A stretch of 64,000 nucleotides of DNA, taken from contig JAICUY010000002.1 of NCBI GenBank assembly GCA_025935615.1, positions 6,605 to 70,604 on the forward strand, read 5' to 3'. The notes below the pieces were generated by a model. That model searched no databases, was not told where the DNA came from, and saw nothing but the letters and a program-made list of their open reading frames with translations. The stretch is from Steroidobacteraceae bacterium (GTDB lineage Bacteria; Chloroflexota; Limnocylindria; QHBO01). Positions 56,156-64,000 of the stretch are shown in pieces. Made by a program: the position numbers and the translations under genes. Each line of letters begins with the position of its first letter. The stretch's first letter is position 1.

Positions 56156-57459
56156 GCCGGCTCGCGATTCCACGCCCCGTCCGGCGCGCTCAGCGCGCGG
56201 TTCGCGAGCGCCTGCCGAACTTCCGGGTGCATCGCTCCGGCGTGCTCGCCTTCCTGGGGGTGCTGGGGCCAGGGCTCATCGCCGGACTGGCGGGCAACGA
56301 TGCGGGCGGCATCCTGACCTACAGCGTCCTCGGCGCCGAGACCGGGCTCAGCCTGTTGTGGATCCTGCCCATCACGACGCTGATGCTCATCGTGGTGCTC
56401 GAGATGGCCGCGCGCATGGGCGCCGTCTCGGGACAGGGGCTGGGCGATCTCATCCGGGACGACTTCGGCATCCGCTGGACCCTGTTCGCCATGGTCGTGC
56501 TGCTGGTCGCCAACGGCTCGAACATTGCCGCCGAGTTCGCCGGCGCCGCGGCCGCGCTCGAGATCTTCGATGTGCCGCGCTGGATCACCGTACCGGTCGT
56601 CGCGGCGGGCATCTGGGCGCTGGTCGTGTTCGGATCGTATCGGCTCGTCGAGCGCGTCTTCCTGAGCGTGGCGGTGGTCTTCCTTGCCTACATCGTCAGC
56701 GCTTTCATGGCAGGCCCCGCCTGGGGAGACGTCGGGCGCGCGTTGGTGTCGCCGTCGCTGAACTTCGAGCCGAACGTGCTGCTGCTGATGGTCGCCACGG
56801 TCGGCACCACCGTGACGCCCTACATGTTCTTCTACCTGCAGTCGTCAGTGGCCGATAAGGGGCTCGGGCCGGAGGAGCTCGGCTATGAGCGGGCCGATGC
56901 AGTCCTCGGCGCTATCTGGACGAACGTCATCGCCCTGTTCATCGTGGTCGTCACTGCCGTGACGCTGTTCGGCGTGGGCGTGGAGCTCACGACGGCTGAC
57001 CAGGCGGCGCGCGCGCTGGCGCCGATCGCCGGCAACTTCGCCGAGGCGCTCTTCGCCTTCGGGCTGTTCGGCGCGTCGGTCCTGGCGGCCACCGTCATGC
57101 CGCTCACGACCAGCTACACGGTCTGCGAGTCGTTCGGATGGGAATCGGGCCTCTCGCGCCGCTTCAGCGAGGCGCCGGTGTTCATGGGCCTCTATACCGC
57201 GCTGATCGTGATCGGCGCGCTGGTCGTGCTGGTGCCCGGTATCCCGCTGACCGGGCTGATCATCGTCAGCCAGAACTTGAACGGCATCCTGCTGCCGATC
57301 ATCCTGGTCTTCATGCTGCGCCTCGTGAACAACTCGCGGATCATGGGCGAGCACGTCAACCCGTGGTGGCTGAACGTCGTCGCATGGGCCCTGACCGGCC
57401 TGGTGATCGCCCTGACCCTGGTCCTCTTCGGCGCCACGCTGCTCGACTGGCTCACCTGA
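56152..57459 (+). CDS. NRAMP (SLC11)-related transporter with non-canonical metal-binding residues
   Basis: The protein has 11-12 TM helices of NRAMP topology. TM1 reads AGLAGNDAGGIL where canonical NRAMPs have DPGN. TM6 reads GTTVTPYMF where they have GAxxMPHN, so the soft Met and the His are both absent. Confidence 0.85.
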   Translation: MSRLAIPRPVRRAQRAVRERLPNFRVHRSGVLAFLGVLGPGLIAGLAGNDAGGILTYSVLGAETGLSLLWILPITTLMLIVVLEMAARMGAVSGQGLGDLIRDDFGIRWTLFAMVVLLVANGSNIAAEFAGAAAALEIFDVPRWITVPVVAAGIWALVVFGSYRLVERVFLSVAVVFLAYIVSAFMAGPAWGDVGRALVSPSLNFEPNVLLLMVATVGTTVTPYMFFYLQSSVADKGLGPEELGYERADAVLGAIWTNVIALFIVVVTAVTLFGVGVELTTADQAARALAPIAGNFAEALFAFGLFGASVLAATVMPLTTSYTVCESFGWESGLSRRFSEAPVFMGLYTALIVIGALVVLVPGIPLTGLIIVSQNLNGILLPIILVFMLRLVNNSRIMGEHVNPWWLNVVAWALTGLVIALTLVLFGATLLDWLT

Positions 57460-57647
57460 GCGGCCGCTCGTTGAGGTCCCGATTCACCCGTAAATGTGAA
57501 CCAGCACGGACGACGGATGACGCGCGGTTTCGCCCAGTTGTGAATGTGGGGCGACCCGGTCTTCGTGGTCGTGAACTTCGGCACGGCTCCTGTCGGCCCG
57601 CGTTGCCATCGCGAGCGAGATCACGAGAGCGGCGGCACGCGAGCTGA

Positions 57648-58622
57648 TCAGGCGCCGATCGGATGCCAGACCGTCTTGGTCTCGACGAACTGGCCGATGA
57701 GATACGGCGATTGGGCAGCGTCGGCCAGCCAGTCGTAGCGCTGCAGGCCACCGGACGGTGGCCGCACCAGGCGCTTCACGTTCTCGACGCCGGCGTCCTC
57801 GACCGCGGCCGCCTCGGATGGGGCAACGCCGAACGCATCGAGCGCGTTCACGTCCATGTGGGCAGCCAGCGCCGGCACGATCTCGCGGCGGAGCCCGGTG
57901 ACCACGTTGACGACGCCACCCGGCACATCGGACGTGGCGAGCACCTCGGTCAACGTCACCACGGGGAGCGGCCGGGTCTCGGATGCGACGACGACCGCCG
58001 TGTTGCCTGACACGATGACCGGCGCCAGGCGGCTCACCAGTCCCAGCAGCGACGACTCCTCGGGCGCGATGACGCCGACCACGCCGGTCGGCTCCGGCAC
58101 GCTGAAGTTGAAGTACGGGCCGTTGACTGGGTTGACCGAACCGATCACCTGGCTGAACTTGTCGGCCCAGCCCGCGTACCAGACCCAGCGGTCGATGGCC
58201 GCGTCAACCTCGCGCGTCGCGCGGCGGCGTGAGACGCCCTGCGCAGCGGCGACCTCGGCCACGAACTGCTCGCGCCGGCCCTCCATCAGCTCGGCGATGC
58301 GGTACAGGATCTGCGATCGGTTGTAGGCCGTCTTGGCCGCCCAGCCGGGCAGCGCCTTGCGCGCGGCGCGCACCGCCTCGCGAATGTCCTTGCGCGTGCC
58401 GCGGCTGGCGTTGGCCAGCAGCCGGCCGCGTGCGTCGAAGACCTCGTACGACCGCCCCGACTCGGTACGCGGGAAGGCGCCGCCGATGTACAGCTTGTAG
58501 GTCTTGCGCACCTCGACCCGCTCGCTGGCCGCACCATTGCGCGAGGTCGCCAGCGGCTGCATCGGTCTGTCGTCCAGCACCGATGCGCGCGTGCGGCGCG
58601 TGGTTGCGGTGCGCGGGCTCAT
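57648..58622 (-). CDS. Truncated aldehyde-dehydrogenase-family paralog lacking the catalytic Cys domain
   Basis: The 324-aa ORF aligns to ALDH N-terminal and cofactor-binding regions (KLYIGGAF.., PWNFP-like GPYFNFSVPEP, GNTAVV). It ends before the catalytic Cys region. It overlaps the full ALDH gene by 4 nt. Confidence 0.6.
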   Translation of the reverse strand: MSPRTATTRRTRASVLDDRPMQPLATSRNGAASERVEVRKTYKLYIGGAFPRTESGRSYEVFDARGRLLANASRGTRKDIREAVRAARKALPGWAAKTAYNRSQILYRIAELMEGRREQFVAEVAAAQGVSRRRATREVDAAIDRWVWYAGWADKFSQVIGSVNPVNGPYFNFSVPEPTGVVGVIAPEESSLLGLVSRLAPVIVSGNTAVVVASETRPLPVVTLTEVLATSDVPGGVVNVVTGLRREIVPALAAHMDVNALDAFGVAPSEAAAVEDAGVENVKRLVRPPSGGLQRYDWLADAAQSPYLIGQFVETKTVWHPIGA

Positions 58623-60127
58623 GCGTCGAGCCGCACGTAGGCGGCGAGCCCGTGAAGGCCGCCCTCGCGGCCGTAGCCCGACTCCTTGTAGCCGCCGAAG
58701 GGGGAGGTCGGATCAAATCGGTTGAAGGTGTTCGCCCACACCACGCCGGCGCGCATGGCGGCCACCATCTTGAAGATACGGCTGCCCTTCTCGGTCCATA
58801 CCCCGGCCGACAGCCCGTAGGGCGTGTTGTTCGCCTTCTCGATCGCCTCCTCGGGCGTGCGGAAGGTGAGCACCGACAGCACCGGGCCGAAGATCTCCTC
58901 CTGGGCGATGCGATGCGACTGCGAGACGCCGGTGAACAGCGTTGGGCGGAAGAAGAAGCCGCGATCGGGTAGCTGACAGTCGGGCTGGAAGATCTCGGCA
59001 CCCTCCTCAATCCCCGACTCGACCAGCTCCTGGACCTTGGCCAGCTGGCCGGCCGAGTTGATGGCGCCGACATCGGTGTTCTTGTCGAGCGGATCGCCGA
59101 CCCGAAGCGTCGAGAGGCGTGCCTTGAGCTTGTCGAGCAGCGGCTCGTAGACGCTCTCCTGCACAAAGAGGCGCGAGCCTGCGCAGCACACCTCGCCCTG
59201 GTTGAAGTAGATGCCGTTGATGATGCCCTCGATGGCCTGGTCGATCGGCGCGTCGTCGAAGACGATGTTGGCGGCCTTGCCCCCGAGCTCGAGGGTCAGC
59301 TTCTTGTCCGACCCCGCCACCGCCCGCGCGATCATCTTGCCGACCGCGGTCGAGCCGGTGAAGGCGACCTTGTTGACCTCGGGATGCCGCACGAGCTCCA
59401 TCCCGATCTCGCCAGGCCCGGTGATGATGTTGACCACACCCGGCGGAAGCTCCGCCTGGCGGACGACGTCAGCGAACAGGTACGCGGTCAACGGGGTGGT
59501 GCTGGCCGGCTTGAGGACCACCGTGTTGCCGCAGGCCAGTGCCGGGGCGATCTTCCAGGCCAGCATCATCAGCGGGAAATTCCACGGGATGATCTGCGCC
59601 GCGACACCGAGCGAGCGCGGCTGCCGGTTCGGGAAGGCATAGTCGAGCTTGTCGGCCCAGCCGGCGTAGTAGAAGAAGTGAGCTGCGGCAAGTGGGACGT
59701 CGACGTCGCGGCTCTCCTTGATCGGCTTGCCGGAGTTCAGCGTCTCAACCACCGCGAATTCGCGGCTGCGCTCCTGGATGATTCGCGCAATCCGATACAG
59801 GTACTTGGCCCGCTCGCTGCCCGGCAGCTTCGACCAGGTGTTGTGATACGCGCCCCGCGCCACCGTCACCGCGCGATCGACGTCCTTGGCCGATGCGCGC
59901 GCCACGCGCGCGAGCACCTCCTCGGTGGCCGGGTTGATGACCTCGAAGGTGCGCTTCGGCTTCGATGGGGCGAACTCGTTGCCAATGAACAGGCCGTACT
60001 CCGGCTTGATCTGGACGTGGTCGGTCGACTCGGGAGCCGACGCGTACTCCCACGGAACGTGGGCGCCGGCGGCGAGGCCCCACGACGCCGGCGCAGGGCG
60101 GGTCTCAGGCTTCTTGGTCATCGTCAT
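58619..60127 (-). CDS. Aldehyde dehydrogenase (NAD(P)+)
   Basis: The 502-aa ORF contains ELGGKAANIVF, the catalytic Cys motif FNQGEVCCAGSRLFV and the NAD-binding motifs GSTAVG and PWNFP. Confidence 0.9.
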   Translation of the reverse strand: MTMTKKPETRPAPASWGLAAGAHVPWEYASAPESTDHVQIKPEYGLFIGNEFAPSKPKRTFEVINPATEEVLARVARASAKDVDRAVTVARGAYHNTWSKLPGSERAKYLYRIARIIQERSREFAVVETLNSGKPIKESRDVDVPLAAAHFFYYAGWADKLDYAFPNRQPRSLGVAAQIIPWNFPLMMLAWKIAPALACGNTVVLKPASTTPLTAYLFADVVRQAELPPGVVNIITGPGEIGMELVRHPEVNKVAFTGSTAVGKMIARAVAGSDKKLTLELGGKAANIVFDDAPIDQAIEGIINGIYFNQGEVCCAGSRLFVQESVYEPLLDKLKARLSTLRVGDPLDKNTDVGAINSAGQLAKVQELVESGIEEGAEIFQPDCQLPDRGFFFRPTLFTGVSQSHRIAQEEIFGPVLSVLTFRTPEEAIEKANNTPYGLSAGVWTEKGSRIFKMVAAMRAGVVWANTFNRFDPTSPFGGYKESGYGREGGLHGLAAYVRLDA

Positions 60128-60630
60128 GTGATGCCGATTATGGCATTCATGATCTCGCTCACCACTTCGGGCGCGGGTCGATTGGCCTCGACCACGATTC
60201 CCGGCTCGTCCGGTCCGAGTGGCTCGAGCGTCTGCAGCTGGCTGTCGAGCAGGCTGACCGGCATGTAGTGACCGCTGCGGTACCGCATGCGTTCGGCGAG
60301 CACGGCGCGTGGGGCGACGAGATGGACGAACCAGACGGACGGGTGGCCGCGCCGCAGCAGCTGGCGGTAGGCGCGCCGCAGTGCCGAGCAGGTGACGAGG
60401 GCGCTCTCGCCGGCCTGCTCGCGGTCACCGATCCAGGCCGCGATCGATTCGAGCCATGGCCAGCGGTCGGCATCGTCGAGCGCATGTCCGGCAGCCATCT
60501 TTTCGACGTTCGCAGTGGGATGGAACTCGTCGCCCTCCGCGGTTGGCCATCCCAGGCGGTCGACGAGCGCCTGCATGACGGTTGTCTTGCCGGTGCCGGT
60601 GACCCCCATGATGACGACGGTCGTCGTCAT
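60124..60630 (-). CDS. gntK: Gluconokinase (GntK family P-loop kinase)
   Basis: The sequence VVIMGVTGTGKTTVMQALVDRLGWPTAEGDEFHPTANVEKMAAGHALDDADRWPWL matches the GntK pattern. It overlaps the ALDH start by 4 nt. Confidence 0.75.
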   Translation of the reverse strand: MTTTVVIMGVTGTGKTTVMQALVDRLGWPTAEGDEFHPTANVEKMAAGHALDDADRWPWLESIAAWIGDREQAGESALVTCSALRRAYRQLLRRGHPSVWFVHLVAPRAVLAERMRYRSGHYMPVSLLDSQLQTLEPLGPDEPGIVVEANRPAPEVVSEIMNAIIGIT

Positions 60631-63600
60631 GCGTCGGCGGCGTCGAGCTCGAGCTGTCGCAGGAACCGATTTCGGTGAAAGTCCGCCCAGCGCCGAAGGC
60701 CGCGGGCCTCCGCCGCTGCGGCGATGCGTTCGGCGATGGCTCTGGCCGTCGCGAAATCACCACGCACCGCGTGCACCTCGGCGTCGACGCGGTCAATCTC
60801 CTCAGTGACCGGCTGCATCACGAGACCCACCATCCGGGCCCGAGCCCGGTCGAGGAGCAGGCTCGCCGCAGCTGCCTCACCGATATGGGCTCGGGCAAGT
60901 GCCTCGGCGATGTCCAGCGTCACCTGATCGGCGATGTCGTCCTCGCGGCCCATCGAACGTGCCCGGGCAACGATCGAAAGTGCTCGCCGTGCGTCACCAA
61001 TGCGGCTGAGGGCGAGCGCCCAGTAGGCCATCTCATTGACCAGGACCCGGCTTTCGCCCATCCGCTCCGAGGCCTCAGCCTTCTCGCGGTTGAGGCGCTC
61101 GGTTTCGGCGAGATCACCTTCGATGTATGCCATCAGCGCCAGGAAGTGGAGCGCGCCCCGTGCCGCGCCGTGGGAGCCGGTCTGCAGGAGCAGATCCGCC
61201 TGGTGCATCAGCCCTTCTCGGACCTGATCAGCGCTCGCGCTCCCGGCCAGGTATTCGAGCGGAAGCCCCAGGGCGTTCAACGAAGCCAGCATCAGCGGCC
61301 CGGCGTTCGTTTCGAGATCTCGTCGCAGGTCAGCCACCAGGCGGCGCTGGTCGTCGACCGCCGTGCCGGCGAACGACGCCGTGATCACTGTCATCATGGC
61401 CAGGTGCATCTGCTGAAACGGACGATGTCCGCCGCGTAGCAGCTCGAACGCGCGGCGATAGGCGGCATGGGCGCGATCGGCGCGACACTCGAGCCATTCC
61501 GCTGTCGCAATCGCCCTGTCGCAGCGCACGATGCTCATGACGTCACCGCGCTCGACCAACGCCGGTCGCATCGCTTCGAGCTCGTTGACGAGCTCATCGG
61601 CTGATCGTCCCTGGCCCAGTGGATCGATGCCCACCTCGATCGCCAGCGCGGTTGTTCGATCTGTCTCGCTGCCGGCGCGCAGCTCGCCCATCAATGGCGG
61701 GATCTCGGGCAGCAGGCCGGCCGCGTCGAGGGCGATCGCCAAGTCGGGGACGAGCGAGCGGCGCACATCGCCTTCGGGGAGCAGGTCGTGCGCGCGACGG
61801 AGCAGGCTCACCGCCGAGTGCGTGTCACCGCGCGCGACGGCTGCGCGCCCGGCGCGACTGAGCCGCTCTGCCGCCTGATTCGAGAGCCGCTCGAGCAACG
61901 CCGAATCGGCGCCGAGGTCGGCCTGGTAGCGCGCCGCGCGCTCGTAGTGGTAGCCGACGATCTCGTCCTGCTCGAAGAGGTCACCGTGCCCGTCCAGCCA
62001 CTGCGCAAAACGCTCATGCAGCTCCGCGCGGACGGCTTTGGGCAGTGACTCGTAGGCCGTGTCGCGGATCAGCAGGTGGCGGAAGCGGAATGCGTCATCG
62101 CCCGGGATCTGCGAGCGATCGGGACGAACCAGCTCCTTGCGGACCAGGGCCAGCAGGTCGGCCGGGATCTGCTCGCGTGATGGTGCGGCCACGAGGGCGG
62201 TCACCGAGCCGCGGTGGAAGATCTTACCCTCGACCGCGCCACGCTCGATCACACTGCGCTCGTGATCGTTGAGCGCGTCGAGCCGAGCCTGCAGCACGGC
62301 GTGGATGGTCGGCGGGACGCGCAGCTCGCCGGACGTCTCGCGCGCCAGAGCCGCCATCTCTTCGAGGAACAGTGGGTTGCCATCGGCCATCTCGATGATG
62401 CGCGTGCGGGTCGCATCGGTCAGGTCGAGGCCCTCGAGCAGCGAATCCGCCAAGCCGGCCGCATCAGTCTCAGCCAGCGGCTCGAGCAGGATGGCAGTCG
62501 CGTTTGGCTTGCCGCCGCCCCATCCCGGGCGCACGTCGACGAGCTCGGGACGACCGATGCAGAGGACGAAGATGGGCGCGTCGCGCACCCAGTCGACGAT
62601 GTGCTCGATGAGGTCGAACAGCGGTGCCTCGGCCCACTGCAGGTCGTCGAAGACGAGCACCAGCGGCCGCTCCTCGGCGATGCCTTCGAGCAGGGCCCGC
62701 GTGGCGAGCTGGGTGTCGGCGGGTGAGGTGCGGATCGCGGCCTCTGGATCGATTCCAAGCTGGACCAGCATCTCGACCAGCGGCCAGTAGGTGATCCCTT
62801 CCCCGTACGACAGGGCGCGGCCGCGCGCCACGGTCACGTCCTCCAGCCCGTCGAGGAAGTCCGCCACGAGACGCGACTTGCCCACGCCGGCCGGCCCGAT
62901 CAGGGTGAACAGGCGGCTGCTGCGTCCGGCCACGCCGTCGTCGAAATCGCCGCGCAGGCGCGCCCGTTCTCGCTCGCGTCCCACCATCGGACGGTCCAGC
63001 TGGCGACTGATCCCGGGCGCGGCCGCCTCGAGCCGGGTGAGCCGATGCGCCATGACCGCATCAGGCTTTCCCTTCAACTGCAGCTCGACCGGATCCGTCT
63101 CGACCGCATCGCGGACGAGGCGAGCCGTCTCGGCACCGAGCAGGATCTCGCCTGCGCCGGCCGCCTGCTCCAGCCGAGCCGCCACGTTGACCGCATCGCC
63201 GGTGATGAGGGTGTCGCCCTCGCCGGCGACGACCTCCCCGGTGTTGATGCCGATCCGGGCATCGAGCTCGAGCTGGTGGACGGTGTCGCGCAGCTCGACC
63301 GCGGCGCGCACCGCGCGCAGCGCATCGTCCTCGGTCGCGACCGGGATGCCGAAGACGGCCATGACCGCATCCCCGACGAACTTCTCGACGGTGCCGCCAT
63401 GCCGCTCGAGCACGGCGCGAGCCGTCTCGTAGTACCGGCGCATCGTGCCGCGCAGCGTCTCGGGATCCGTCCGGTCACCCAGAGCGGTCGAGCCGGTCAG
63501 GTCGCAGAACAGGACGGTGACCACCTTGCGCACCTCGCGCGGGGCCGCGGCGGGCGTCAGCGGCGATCCGCAGCTCGGGCAGAAGGCGAACTCGGAGGGG

Positions 63601-63632
63601 CTCTCGTGACCGCAGCTCGGGCAGGTGATCAC
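60627..63632 (-). CDS. Multidomain signalling protein: N-terminal Zn-ribbon, class III adenylate/guanylate cyclase domain, STAND/AAA ATPase and TPR-like C-terminal region
   Basis: The N-terminal CPSCGHE..CPSCG ribbon is followed by the cyclase homology domain (VTVLFCDLTGSTAL..FVGDAVMAVFG). The P-loop is LIGPAGVGKSRL. Helical repeats follow. The gene starts on GTG, 9 nt after the ogt stop. Confidence 0.85.
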   Translation of the reverse strand: MITCPSCGHESPSEFAFCPSCGSPLTPAAAPREVRKVVTVLFCDLTGSTALGDRTDPETLRGTMRRYYETARAVLERHGGTVEKFVGDAVMAVFGIPVATEDDALRAVRAAVELRDTVHQLELDARIGINTGEVVAGEGDTLITGDAVNVAARLEQAAGAGEILLGAETARLVRDAVETDPVELQLKGKPDAVMAHRLTRLEAAAPGISRQLDRPMVGRERERARLRGDFDDGVAGRSSRLFTLIGPAGVGKSRLVADFLDGLEDVTVARGRALSYGEGITYWPLVEMLVQLGIDPEAAIRTSPADTQLATRALLEGIAEERPLVLVFDDLQWAEAPLFDLIEHIVDWVRDAPIFVLCIGRPELVDVRPGWGGGKPNATAILLEPLAETDAAGLADSLLEGLDLTDATRTRIIEMADGNPLFLEEMAALARETSGELRVPPTIHAVLQARLDALNDHERSVIERGAVEGKIFHRGSVTALVAAPSREQIPADLLALVRKELVRPDRSQIPGDDAFRFRHLLIRDTAYESLPKAVRAELHERFAQWLDGHGDLFEQDEIVGYHYERAARYQADLGADSALLERLSNQAAERLSRAGRAAVARGDTHSAVSLLRRAHDLLPEGDVRRSLVPDLAIALDAAGLLPEIPPLMGELRAGSETDRTTALAIEVGIDPLGQGRSADELVNELEAMRPALVERGDVMSIVRCDRAIATAEWLECRADRAHAAYRRAFELLRGGHRPFQQMHLAMMTVITASFAGTAVDDQRRLVADLRRDLETNAGPLMLASLNALGLPLEYLAGSASADQVREGLMHQADLLLQTGSHGAARGALHFLALMAYIEGDLAETERLNREKAEASERMGESRVLVNEMAYWALALSRIGDARRALSIVARARSMGREDDIADQVTLDIAEALARAHIGEAAAASLLLDRARARMVGLVMQPVTEEIDRVDAEVHAVRGDFATARAIAERIAAAAEARGLRRWADFHRNRFLRQLELDAADA

Positions 63633-63641
63633 GCGCGGAGT

Positions 63642-64000
63642 CTAGTCGGCTCGTACACCCTCGAGGCGGAGCAGGAAGCGCTTGCGGTCGAGGCCGCCGG
63701 TGTAGCCGCCCAGCCCGCCGCCGGAATGCAGGACACGATGGCAGGGCACCACGATGGGAATGGGGTTGGAGCCGAGCGCATTGCCCGCGGCACGATAGGC
63801 ACGAGGCGATCCCGCCTCCGAGGCGACTTCCTGATACGTCGACACCGAGCCGAATGGGATCCGTGCGGTGGCCTGCAGCACGTTGCCGGCGAACCCGTGG
63901 ACCAGCGACCAGTCGAGCGGCAGGTCGAACGACTGCCGCCGACCGGCGAAATACTCGTCGAGCTCGCGACGGACGTGGTCGGTGCGTTCCGGGGCTGCCA
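63642..64000 (-). CDS. ogt: Methylated-DNA-protein-cysteine methyltransferase. The C-terminal domain is complete and the gene continues beyond the window edge.
   Basis: The active-site PCHRV motif (IPIVVPCHRVL) is present. Reverse translation upstream of the 79-aa track ORF stays open and reads ..ELDEYFAGRRQSFDLPLDWSLVHGFAGNVLQATARIPFGSV, a typical Ogt region. Confidence 0.7.
   Translation of the reverse strand, partial: AAPERTDHVRRELDEYFAGRRQSFDLPLDWSLVHGFAGNVLQATARIPFGSVSTYQEVASEAGSPRAYRAAGNALGSNPIPIVVPCHRVLHSGGGLGGYTGGLDRKRFLLRLEGVRAD

Noticed and set aside
56152-57459. Calling the NRAMP-fold gene a canonical MntH Mn2+/Fe2+ importer
   Set aside because: The DPGN and MPH metal-site signatures are replaced (GNDAGG and TTVTPY). 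It was annotated as an NRAMP-related transporter of probable hard-cation specificity instead.
57648-58622. Calling the short ALDH-like ORF a frameshifted pseudogene
   Set aside because: The 190-nt region downstream cannot encode the missing catalytic domain in any frame. It is treated as a genuinely truncated paralog and flagged as a finding.

Overview
The window is a 64 kb, roughly 70% GC stretch of ordinary chromosome, most likely from a high-GC Gram-positive-like bacterium (Actinomycetota or Chloroflexota). Genes are densely packed, many with 4-nt start/stop overlaps. I see no rRNA, tRNA, CRISPR array, transposase or integrase. The six-frame ORF track marks GTG and TTG starts as M, so several 5' ends below are re-assigned from conserved family N-termini. 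All coordinates carry an uncertainty of about one nucleotide.

Content in order:
- A partial SRPBCC-family gene, a low-affinity iron-permease-like gene and a membrane protein.
- A minus-strand run: glycogen-debranching-enzyme-like (GDE-like) hydrolase plus GT4 glycosyltransferase, a metallophosphoesterase and a ParB/sulfiredoxin-fold protein.
- A sugar ABC importer (ATPase, binding lipoprotein, two permeases) with a hairpin after the binding-protein gene.
- An ABC-2 exporter, then NUDIX coupled to a bacterial type IB topoisomerase (TopIB).
- A minus-strand block: TPR protein, archaeal-type nicotinate phosphoribosyltransferase (NAPRTase), a secreted M1-like protein with HQxxH in place of HExxH, a YbjN-like protein, GlgC, a class A PBP, an M23 peptidase and an A24 prepilin peptidase. 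A CsbD-like gene follows on the plus strand, then PepA.
- A non-RD PASTA Ser/Thr kinase coupled by GTGA to an upstream membrane-anchored Ala-rich protein, whose start lies 6 bp from the divergent adenosine deaminase start.
- A BMP-family nucleoside ABC importer, a HAD-IIA phosphatase, Mrp/ApbC, two PIG-L deacetylases, a second adenosine-deaminase-family paralog, an LCP protein, YjbQ, YyaL and an MsbA-like exporter.
- A CsoR-family repressor with an ATAC..GTAT palindrome over its own start.
- An operon of a TPR/acidic-tail protein and a 923-aa orphan protein carrying an N6/N4-methylase motif I and a Zn ribbon.
- PolX, a CGNR zinc-finger regulator, and an operon of Ogt(partial) / adenylate-cyclase-STAND ATPase / gluconokinase / ALDH / truncated ALDH.

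The candidate novel system is a standalone MgtE cytoplasmic sensor protein (PRC-barrel, MgtE_N, CBS pair, no pore) coupled by GTGA to an NRAMP-related transporter whose metal site is non-canonical (DAGG for DPGN, T-P-Y for M-P-H), behind a 220-nt leader. I read this as a split, Mg2+-type hard-cation uptake system.
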